The translations under genes and the position numbers were made by a program. The notes below the pieces were generated by a model. The model was not told the origin of the DNA. It did not search any database and saw nothing but the letters and a program-made list of their open reading frames with translations. DNA of 36,238 nucleotides from assembly GCA_900321575.1 (NCBI GenBank), contig ONWT01000047.1, positions 1 through 36,238 of the forward strand. The letters are read 5' to 3'. The DNA comes from an uncultured Lentisphaerota bacterium (GTDB lineage Bacteria > Verrucomicrobiota > Kiritimatiellia > RFP12 > UBA1067). Numbering within the stretch: the stretch's first letter is position 1; each line of letters starts with the position of its first letter. Below are positions 8,828 to 19,000 of the stretch, piece by piece.

Positions 8828-8902
8828 ATATCAACAGAAGATATAAACAAAGTAATGAACACGTGTTCATAAGTTGATAAGTCTGTTGATAGTGTTGATA
8901 AC
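8828..8902. promoter_or_regulatory. Cluster of four DnaA-box-like elements
   Basis: The elements are ATATCAACA at 8828-8836, AGTTGATAA at 8872-8880, TGTTGATAG at 8884-8892 and TGTTGATAAC at 8893-8902, the last being a perfect 10-mer. An AT-rich stretch follows at 8916-8940. Confidence 0.45.
8855..8870. promoter_or_regulatory. Perfect 16-bp palindrome ATGAACACGTGTTCAT (candidate operator)
   Basis: The palindrome can be read directly from the sequence. It has a CACGTG core like parS but different arms, and it sits 40 nt upstream of the putative -35 of the XRE regulator gene. Confidence 0.4.
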
Positions 8903-8909
8903 TACCCCC

Positions 8910-8938
8910 TTGCAAGTTTATAAAATAAAGTCCATAAT
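8910..8938 (+). promoter_or_regulatory. Sigma-70-like promoter TTGCAA-17 nt-CATAAT for the XRE gene
   Basis: The -35 is at 8910-8915 and the -10 at 8933-8938. The -10 ends 8 nt before the GTG at 8947 and there is no SD, which implies a leaderless or near-leaderless mRNA. Confidence 0.4.
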
Positions 8939-8946
8939 ATCCACCC

Positions 8947-9417
8947 GTGACAAACCTTAATCCAGAATTCTGCCGCAAGATAAAGGAAGCCCGCCGCGAG
9001 GCGAAGATTTCTCAGGAGGAGTTGGCGGCCGAGGTAGGCTGCAAACAGTCTGCCATATCGATGTTTGAAAAGGGCGACGGCACAAAACTCAATGACGAGT
9101 GCATAATCAAACTTTCGAAAAAGTTCGGCATTGAGATATCGACAGGCGTCGAAGAGATCGAGCCTGTGCCTGCGCGTCCTCTTGTTATGAGCCCACATAC
9201 GGGATTTTGTCCCAACCCGGAGTGTCCCTCCAACTCCAGGTACCAAGTCGAAGGGCGTCTTCTGGCTAGGCCGGACAGGTCGGCGGCCGACCCGGCGGGC
9301 GGCAGGTTCTGCGCCGTCTGCGGCGAGGTGCTTTCGCGGCGGTGTCCGAACTGCGGCGCCGAAGTGCACGATGGCGCGGTTTGCACATTCTGCGGCGAAC
9401 CTTACGTAGCCCTGTAG
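8947..9417 (+). CDS. XRE-family helix-turn-helix transcriptional regulator with C-terminal double zinc-ribbon
   Basis: The 156-aa product has the HTH signature IKEARREAKISQEELAAEVGCKQSAISMFEKG. Its C-terminal half carries four Cys pairs, CPNPEC...CAVCG...CPNCG...CTFCG. Confidence 0.85.
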   Translation: MTNLNPEFCRKIKEARREAKISQEELAAEVGCKQSAISMFEKGDGTKLNDECIIKLSKKFGIEISTGVEEIEPVPARPLVMSPHTGFCPNPECPSNSRYQVEGRLLARPDRSAADPAGGRFCAVCGEVLSRRCPNCGAEVHDGAVCTFCGEPYVAL

Positions 9418-9448
9418 AGAGCCAAAATACAGGCCGCCGGTCTGCCGT

Positions 9449-9470
9449 TTTTTTCTGCGCGCAGAAAAAA
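9449..9470. terminator. Palindromic hairpin TTTTTTCTGCGCGCAGAAAAAA (bidirectional-terminator-like)
   Basis: This perfect 22-nt palindrome lies 32 nt after the XRE stop. U/A tracts on both sides would allow termination in either direction. Confidence 0.45.
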
Positions 9471-9496
9471 TCCTTTCTGCACGCAAAAAAGATTCT

Positions 9497-9517
9497 TTCT
9501 GCGCGCAGAATTTTTTT
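9497..9517 (+). terminator. Rho-independent terminator-like hairpin TTCTGCGCGCAGAA followed by T7
   Basis: This is a second copy of the CTGCGCGCAG palindrome (9497-9510), followed directly by TTTTTTT (9511-9517). A degenerate third copy, TTCTGCACGCAAAAAAG, lies between the two. Confidence 0.55.
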
Positions 9518-9575
9518 CGTCTCCTTGGAGAAGGAAAACACGCTTTTTTCGGTGGCGGTCTCTGCGCTGTTATGC

Positions 9576-9604
9576 TTGACGGAAATCATGTTATTTGATA
9601 TTCT
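9576..9604 (+). promoter_or_regulatory. Sigma-70-like promoter TTGACG-17 nt-TATTCT for the first giant-gene cassette
   Basis: The -35 is at 9576-9581 and the -10 at 9599-9604. It is followed by a roughly 35-nt leader with a strong GGAGGTG RBS (9636-9642) before the ATG at 9645. Confidence 0.4.
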
Positions 9605-9644
9605 ACCATCATCAAAACAGGTCTAAGAAAGGGCCGGAGGTGAA

Positions 9645-10097
9645 ATGACAATGTTCACGAGCAAAAATCTCGTGGCGGTTGCTGTCGCAGCAATCGTCTG
9701 TTTGGTCGTTGTTTTTTACGGATGCTCGCGCAAGAACGAGCCTGCGCCCGAGGGTGAGAACAAACCTGCCGCCGAGGGTGAAGTCGTGTATCGCCTAGAA
9801 GACCCGCAATACCGCGCCGCTCTAGACGAGAGGCTCGATGCCCAGAAGGAGTTGACCAAGCTGCGCTACCGCCTCGTTACGGAGATGCAGGCGAAGATCG
9901 CCGCCGCTAAGGAGCGCCTCGCGACAGAAGACGAAGCCGTGCTGAAGGCCGAGCTTGAAAAGGACCCCGAATGGAACTCTCTTTATAAACGTGTCGAAGA
10001 TTTGAACACCGCGCTCGAAGACGAGCGCAAGCGTGCCGAGGCAGTCGTGCGCAACCGCATAATGTCCGACGCGCAAAAGGAGTCCTCCGGAAAATGA
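9645..10097 (+). CDS. Small N-terminally anchored (possible lipoprotein) helical protein, partner of giant protein 1
   Basis: The 150-aa product has a hydrophobic helix LVAVAVAAIVCLVVVFYG|C, a possible non-canonical lipobox. The rest is charged and helical, with the motif LEKDPEWNSLYKRVEDLN. It has a strong RBS, and its stop overlaps the next ATG (ATGA at 10094-10097). Confidence 0.8.
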   Translation: MTMFTSKNLVAVAVAAIVCLVVVFYGCSRKNEPAPEGENKPAAEGEVVYRLEDPQYRAALDERLDAQKELTKLRYRLVTEMQAKIAAAKERLATEDEAVLKAELEKDPEWNSLYKRVEDLNTALEDERKRAEAVVRNRIMSDAQKESSGK

Positions 10098-13000
10098 TTT
10101 TAAGTTTCAGGAATTTTGCGCTTGCCGCCCTGCTCTGTCTTGCGCCACCCGTGGCCAAGGCTGAAGATTGGGGCGAGAGCTACAACAGCTCGGTCGAGCT
10201 GACGATAAAAGGGCAGAGCGAGGCTCTCACGAACTTTCCCCTGCTGGTCAGGATATCCGAGGCGCAGCTGCCCGGTTTCAAGTATGATGCAGAGAACACA
10301 GCCAGCGATAATCTGGCTTTCGTCGCAGAAGACGGCACTGCGCTCAACTACGATGTCGATACGTGGGATACGAGCGGAGAATCCACAATTTGGGTAAAGA
10401 TACCCGAACTGCCCACAACCGGCACGACAATCACGATGTACTGGTCGCTCAAAGAGGGCGAGACGGCGCCAGAAAATAACAAAACGGCTGTCTGGAGCGA
10501 CTATGCTGGCGTCTGGCATATGACTGACGACTCGGCTGCCACGGCGAACGCACCTACAGCAACTCAAGGCGCAGATAATGTATCGACAAATGGCGTGTTT
10601 GGTTATGCGTTTGCTACAGTTAAAGACGGCGAACCAATTTTGGTTGTCGACACCGATGATCAGATCAATAACCTGACGAACGGAACCTTCACCATAACTT
10701 TCTGGACATATCTCAATTCTGTGTCTGACGGTGGCACTTCTCAGCAATATCTCTTTTCGCGTCGCGAGACATGGGCAAATGATGGCTATGCGGTTTATCT
10801 GCACCCGCGAGCACCTAGCGACAGCGTTAATATCGGTTTGGCAGCTGGCGATGCTGGATACAAGTGGTCGACCACGGGCCCGGTCAATGGGGTGATTCGC
10901 GACGGGTGGATGCAAAACGACATTGTGTACTCGAAGGAAGACACAAAATTCTACTGGTATATCAACGGTATGCTGGATAGCACGCATGGTTTTTCAATTG
11001 GTATGCTTGACTATGCCACCCGTCCATTTGCCAATGGTGCCCAGGATAAGATCGCAATCGGCGGTCGACTTGTTACCGGTTCCGGCGCAGACAGCAATAT
11101 CAACGGTGCTATCGACGAGTTTCGAATGAGGGTTGGCGCGACCGACGCCATCCGCGCCGGTGCAGAATACGCCAATGCGGTGCAGGCGGCTTATCTTAAT
11201 TCGACAGATACTGATTTCATAAAGACCGAGCTTGTTTCGACAAACGGTGTTATTGTCGATTACTGGGCCACGCAGCCGTCAATATCGACTCCCTCTTGGA
11301 TTGCCGGCACTCTCGACGAGTCTGGTTTTGCAATAAACAGCGGTGCTTTGAAGAGCGGCGCGGCGGGCGAGGTATACAAGTGCACGTCCAAGAACGGTAG
11401 CTGGTCCACGAACGAGGTTACGGCGGCTTCGCTCAATGCCCTTGAGCCTGGCGAGTATTTGATTTACTTCCGCCGCACGCAAGATATCGCCTACAGCGCC
11501 GATGACGCCACGGTTGCGATAGAGGTGCAGGCGGACGCGGGCGGATTCTTCGATGACAGCGTTACCTTTACCGTAAAGGGTGCCGGCACGGACCTTGATG
11601 ACTATCCCGTCCTCTTGAGGCTCTCGGAGGCGCAGTTGCCCGGCTTCAAGTATTCCCGTGCCAATCAAAACGAGCTTTCGTTCAGCGCGGAGGGCAGCAA
11701 TGTGCCGCTCCCGTACGAAGTCGACGAATGGAACGAGTCCGGCGAGTCTCTGGTCTGGGTCAAGCTGCCGAAGTTGCCGGCGGCTGGCACGGTCATAACG
11801 ATGTACTGGTCGCTCAAGGAGGGCAAGACCGCCCCGGGCAACGACCCTACCAAGGTCTGGAGCGCCTACGCCGGCGTTTGGCACATGGCAAGCGCCAAAG
11901 ACTCCTCCCCCGGCTCTGCGAGCGGCACCAAGTCGTCTAGCTCCAGCTATATTGACGGTTTCGTCGGCAAGGCGCTCGGCAACAACACCAATGCGGGCGG
12001 ACCTTTCATAACCGCGACTCCGACCGACAGCATCAACTCGCTCACTAACAACGGCTTCGTCGCATCGTTCTGGCTCAATATCAACAGCTTCGACGTCAAT
12101 AAGGCCTTCCTGTTCGGCCGGCGCACGGCGCGATACAATACCGACGGCTACGGCGCCAGCTTCTGGACGGAAGACGATATTTCGCAAATTGCCCTATTCC
12201 CCGGCAATCAAACGCAATATTTCCGCCACTGGCTGCGCGGTTTGACGACCAACGAGTGGGTGCACCTTGATATCGTCTTCGCAAAGCGGCGCTTCCAGTG
12301 CTGGGTCGACGGCGTGTTCCAGACTATGTCGAACGCCCCGAACGTACCGGCGCCGACATGCGGCGACAGCGATTTCGCCATTGGCGGCGCTCCCGGCAGA
12401 ACCACCGATCAGGCGCTCAACGGCGCGATCGACGAATTCCGCCTTATTCCGTATGACGCGTCGAGCTATAGTGCCCGCATCGAGGCGGAATACGCCAACA
12501 TGACGCAGACGGACTATATCGGCGCTACCGACGACAGCTTCATAAAGCCCGGCATGGTCAAGAGCGGCGATGAAGAGTTCGACTATTGGTCCGTTCCGCT
12601 CGAGGTTTCGACTAATACGTGGACGGTCGGCCAAATCACGGCGGAAGAAATCTCCGTCGATAAAGTGCCCGTCCTGCGTAGCGGCAAGGAGGTGGAGTAT
12701 TATTATCTGGATACGCTCAACCCGACCAACTGCCCGATAGCGTCCGTGGACGACATCCCCGCCAAGCTCGCCGCTTTGCCCGAAGGCATTTACAGGCTCT
12801 GCTATGCGAGCAAGGAGACCAATGCCGAGACGGGATATGTCGAAATATACGTGCGCTTCGACATGGGCAATTATACAGACTGGGTAGATCTGACGCTGAA
12901 CGGTATAGCCGAAGACACGGTCATAACCAATTATACTCTCCTCGTCCGCGTCAGCGAAGACAATCTGCCCGGCTTCAGATATTCCCGCGCCGGCAACGGA

Positions 13001-16000
13001 ACGAAGCTCGCGTTCGTGGACGAGACTGGCGCCAAGCTCTACTATGATGTGGATACGTGGAACGCCCAAGGCGAGTCCATCGTCTGGGTGAAAGTGCCTT
13101 TCGCCCGCAAGGGTAGCGTAATAAGGTTCTATTGGGGCATAGACGGCGCAGTTTCCGCGCCTTCCAACGACGGCAAGATGGTGTGGAGCGACTACGCGGG
13201 CGTCTGGCACATGGAGAATACTGTAGTAGACGCGGCCGGCAAGTCCGAGGACGGTACCAAGCATGCAAAGGCCGCCTATACGGGCACCGGTATGTTCGCA
13301 GGCGCTTTGGGCCGCAACGAGACAGGATCCAATGGGCCGATAGCGACAGTACCTTCCGGCGACGCCATCAATTCCATCAGCAATGATGCGTTCACGGTTT
13401 CGGCATGGGTGCGGCTTAAGTCTACCGCAACGAATTGGGCGTATATCTTTTCGCGCAAGGCAATCGACGGCACGGTCTCTTGGGGCTTGCAGTTCAGGGG
13501 CAACGGGAATGCGGGAACATACGATGCTCTGCAGGCGTGGTATGACGGGAACAGCAACAGGGCCCTATTCAGAGACACGACTGTCTTCGGCACGGCAAAC
13601 GAGTGGGTCCATGTAATGGTTGGCTACATGAGCGGCGAAGCCAAGCTTTGGCTGAACGGCGTGCAGTATTCGACTGCGGACATTCCCACAGGTTTGCCGT
13701 CGCTCGACCCGACGATGGATTTCTACATAGGCGGTCTTCTCTCCGGACACGGTACGCTCAACGGCGATATGGACGAAGTCCGCATAAAGGTCGGCGCGGT
13801 AAATCAAGCAGAAGTCGCCGCCGCCTATTCGAATGCGACATTGAGCGCCTACCGCAACTCTACGGACGAAACCTTCCTCAAGACAGGGCTCGTGCATGTC
13901 GATGGCGAGCCGGTAGATTACTGGAATCCCAAGCTGTCGCTCTCGTCCTCCGTCTGGGAGGCAGGCAGCGCGCCCGAATCGCTGGCGTTCACAAACGGAG
14001 TCCTGCGCAGCGGCGCGGCGGTCACCAACTGGTGCGTAAACCTGACTACCGGCGAAACAGCGCTCGAGAACGTCACTGTCGACGGACTCAAGGCTCTCTC
14101 GGAGGGCTCGTACCGCATATGGAACAAATCCCTTGGCGACTATGCAGTCGCGGATGTCTCGCTCGACTTTACCGTGACGAAGTCGTCAAGCGTGCCTGTT
14201 GTCGGCGAAACTTCCGACGGCCGCATATTGCTGATGAACCACGACTGGTCGCAGACGAAAGAGATAACCGGTCAGGGCTGGGCGTGCACGAATGTGTCGA
14301 AAGCTACTTTCTGGGAGCATAGCGAGACGAACGAGGTCGCCAAATACAATCTGAAGAGCAGCTATATCTCCACGCTCTGGACCTGGGACGAAGGCCACAC
14401 CGCCACCAACCGCCTCTGGCATCTCGACAACTGCCGCCACGGCAATACTTTCCCGTCGGACAATGAAGAAGCCCTCGCCCCCGATCAAAACTATCTTCCC
14501 TTTAGCGCAAAGTCCGGTAGCATAGATGATGATACAGATTCGACCTCGCCGACCGACCGCGCGGGCGTCGGGCAGATTTTGATGCAGAACACCGACACCG
14601 CCATCGTCTATTCGCCTTGCTTCGACGAGGGTATCGGCACCATATATTTCGATGCAGTGAACATGATGACGAATATCGTCTCCGTTTCTACCGACGGCTC
14701 GCTAACAAACGACTGCTCTTACCGTATCGTTGTCGAGTTCGCCACAAATACCACATTCGACTTGCCGCCGACCGAGGCGAATGCCCATGTTTTTGACGAG
14801 GTGACGAAACTCTATGCGAAGCTCAACGATGAATGCTGGCATCCTTGCGAAAGCTATATGGTCAGCGTGAGCAACTCGACGATGACGCTTGTCGGTCACG
14901 GGCAGAATATCGATCTCAATGTCACGACTGGCGGGAAAATGGACGAGTTCTACCGCATTTATGTTCCACTTGAAATACGCCAGCCCGTTCGTTTCAGGAT
15001 AAGGCGCGTCTCGACGGACCTCGCCAAAGTGGACGACCCTGACGACTCGTTTGTGCTGATCGACAATATAGTCGCGTCGTATCCGCGCATGACCGCCTCT
15101 CTCGGCAACCTCGGCTATTACGACACGGCCAAGAAGGGCAGCGAGATTCTCGGCTACGAGGACGCATTCGAGCCGAAGTTCCCCGCCGTAGGCGACCAAG
15201 TCCGCGCCAGGGCCGGCATTTCGCGCTATGTGAACTCCGGCGCGGAGTATGGCGAGCCGTCGAGCTTCTTCGCCTCCGCGAAGATGCATTACCGCTGGCG
15301 CTACCTCAACCAGGTCGTGGGCGACTGGAAGGTTGTCGAACTCGTCCCAGTCGAAAACAATCGAATGGTGGCGAAAGAGAACGATACGCTGGTCCTTCCC
15401 GGCCAGGCCGGCGATGTCGAGTACTGGTTCGAGTCCGTCCTCCAGGCGCCGTACTACCGCCATGTGGACTATTCGGGCAGCAATCTGGAGGAGGCGTTCA
15501 ACAGGATATACACAGAGAACAATCCGGTGGTCGTGACCAACGCCTCCGACTCCAGCTATATTGCGACGTGCGGCACCAACTGGTTTGTGCGTCTCAGAGA
15601 GGGGCACAGCGAATACGAGAGCATGTCCATCATCACGAGGGCGGCCGGCGACACCTCCGTCTGCGAGACGAATGTGATGTCGATAGTCTCCGACGGCAAA
15701 TGGCGCGGCTTCGTGAAGACGCGCAGCGCTCTTGAGGACGGCCTCGAATTCCGCTTCGAGGGCGTAAAGCTCAATGATGTCGTGGAAGGCGTACCCTTGC
15801 GCGAAACATTGAAGTGGACCTCGCAAGTGCCGATGACTAACAGCCTGCCCGCCACAGGCGGCGCAGTTTTCAGCGACGGTGAAAAATGGGAGAAAGTGCT
15901 GTGCGACGCCGCGACAGGCTATCTTATATTCACCTATGACGAGTCGGGCACGATAGGCGTCGGGCGCGGCGATCACCAGAACTTCAATTCCTGGCCGACC

Positions 16001-19000
16001 GCCGCCGCGAAGAAGGGGCTCTTCGTCGGTTCGCAGCTTGACGTAAACACGTCCAGCTACGATTCGACGGAGGTCGATTCTGATATCGCGAACTGGGCGG
16101 TATCTTCCGCCACGAACAAGAACTGGCGGGAATCGTTCTCGGTGGGTTCCGGCCAGATAGCCGCGAAGATATATCCGCGCGACCAGTCTTTCTCGGTGAC
16201 CAACCTCGCGAGCGGATGGACGGCCCACAACGCTTCGTGGACGTACGAGCGCTGGGCGTGCGATTTCGCGCAGAACGGCGTTTTCGGCGGCAAGACAGCT
16301 CTCCAGCTCGAAGGCTGCGGCCGCGGCATATTCTCGCTCGAAAGCGCGAGCGACTATCCTAACGGACTCGACACCGTGCGTTTCAAGGCCCGTGTCGCAC
16401 AGTTCAACAATTTCAACGATTTCGCATACTACAACCAGGCTACCTACGACACAAGCACACACAAGATAGTCAACGCTTTTAAACAGAAGAATTACGCGTT
16501 CGCGACTTATACCGCGCTTACCCTAAACAATGACAAGGCCGGTTACGACGGTGACGGCTCGGTCTCGTTGATCGCCTGTTACGACCCGACATATGGCGCG
16601 TACGAAGCGCGAGTTTCGCGCGGCGGGCAGAACGGCGAGAACCTGAGGTTCACGCTCTACAGGTGGTCGGTCAATAACGGCGCGATGACATGCGATGTGC
16701 TTGGCACGAACGACTTCCCCTATGCCTCGGTGGCGGATCTTCACCGCGACAACGACAATGTGGGGCTGATGCCGGTATTCTACATTTCCGTCCAGGAGCA
16801 TGTCACGGAGAACAGCGTAGCCGGAACGCTCATTCACGCTGGCGTAAGCACCAAAGCGATCAACACGAGCACCTCGCTCACGGCCGGAACGCTCAACAAC
16901 CAGACTTTCGATTCGAGCGTCTATTTCGACACTTCCGACAAGCGTCTCAAGGCGGGAACGGTCGGCGTGCTCGCGCGGAATTGCGCCGGAGCGTTTCTAA
17001 AACCCGTTAAGCTGTCCGCCCCGATATCCCATATCGGTAGCCACGACATGAGCGGTTGGGAGACGCCGAACAAGATAAACCGCTACACGAACGCGCGCGT
17101 GACGTTTGAGGGCTCGCTTGATATAGAAACATGTGATTCGTCCGACCCCGACGAATATTTTAGCTGCTGGTCGTTGCCCCCCGGCCGCACTCTGAAATTC
17201 ACCAAGGGCAACAACAACGTGTTTTACTGGGGCTTTACCGGCATCACCAATGTTTCGCAGAGAATCGCCGTTCAGACGGCCACGCACTCCAAGTCGAACA
17301 CGGGCACGCACCAGGAGACCGACTGGACGACGGTTACCAACATAACCGTTACAGGTTTCGCCGACCAGACTTTCGATTGTGCCGTCCGCAACCATGAGCA
17401 GTGCGACGTGCGCCTCAAGGTTCTCGGCGGCATAAACGACAATCGCCTTGATGTGACGATCGACGATGTCGAGCTTACGCAGTGGAACGGACAGTCGACG
17501 CCCAACTACGACACAAATAGAAACAACGGCTTCCCCGAGAAATATGTCTACACGTCAGCCTGGATAAACCAGGACAACAACGAGCTCAAGACCAAGGCGG
17601 TGAAGCTGCAGCCCGCCAGGGCGGCGAAAGCCTCGACACCCGTCTCGATACGCACGCCGGCCATGAAGGGCGTGGGCGCATTCCACATCAGGTGGCGCAA
17701 CGCCGACAGCCGCGCGAAGTTCCTCGTGCAGCAATGCAAAGACACTCCTGCGAGGGTGGACAGCAACCTCATCTCGCTGACGGATGCTGCGGCCGACGAT
17801 ACTTCGCTCGGGTGGGAGACTATAGAGACGCTCGACTTTACCGACCCCGCCTCCGACTACTACGGCAGGACGGACGGCAGCGAGACGCTCTTCTTCACCG
17901 AGCGCTATGACGAGAAAAACAAGACCAACACCGTCTTGCGCCTTGTCGCCGACCAGTCCGTCGTCGCCACCATAGCCGCCGACACGACAATCGCGCTCAC
18001 CGACCCCGAATACGGCTCTATCGAGATTCTCGAGTCTTATGTCTGGGACCTTCCTCCCTACGACAAACGCAGCTGGAGCGGATGGAACTTCAGGGCCGAC
18101 GGCTGGGCGGGCGAGCCTTCGATGTGGGCCAGCCTCGGCGACGCCACTACCGGACTTTCGGGGCTCCTCAACAACACCGTCGAGGACGAGAGCTGTCTCG
18201 CCGATTCTAAAGACTATTATCGCGGCAACAAGCCTTACATACAGTCGCCGACGTTCGAGGCGAACTGCATAGGGTCCGTCGAGTTCCGCGCGAGGCTCTA
18301 CGACCCGGTGTTCGATATTTCCGCAGGCCATCCCGCCGTAGTTTCTGTCTACGGTGCGAACGAGATCGACAAGGAGACGGGCGAGCCGGCCAGCTGGAAT
18401 CTGGTTACGAATGTCATCGTAGACTCGTCTTCGTATGTTCTCAAGTCCGCCAAGTTGGGCGAGCAGTATTGCGCACTGCGCTTTGCCGTCGACGGAGTGC
18501 GCGGCATAACGGGCGACGCGGGCGAACCGGAATACGACCCGCCGCTAAGGGTCGCGATCGACGATATATGCGTAATTGAGCAGCCGATACCGTCCATCCG
18601 CTTCAGGACGAACTTCGTGCGTCCGTTCCGCAACGACGAACTGTTGAAGAGCGGAGACCTTATCGGCGACATAGATTCGTCCGCCGAGCAGCCGATTATC
18701 GGCGAGTCGTTCGGCTTCCAGGCCGAGGTTGTCCTGGACGATATCGAAAACGAGATTGTCGTCGACGACCCCGAAAAACCTCTTCGCGTCTATCTCGCCT
18801 ACTGCACGTCGGCTTCGCCGTGGGGCTGGCGCAACTGGATAGAAAAGGCGGAGCCCGTCGAGCTCGCCCGCGTCGAAGATGCCGACGGCCGTCTTGTCTA
18901 CCGCTCTACAATCTCAAGCCCGAAGTCGATCTGTCCAGCGCAGTTCATAGGCGGCGACAGCGCGCTCTCCGGCAAGCAGTACAGACTCGTGCAATACCAT

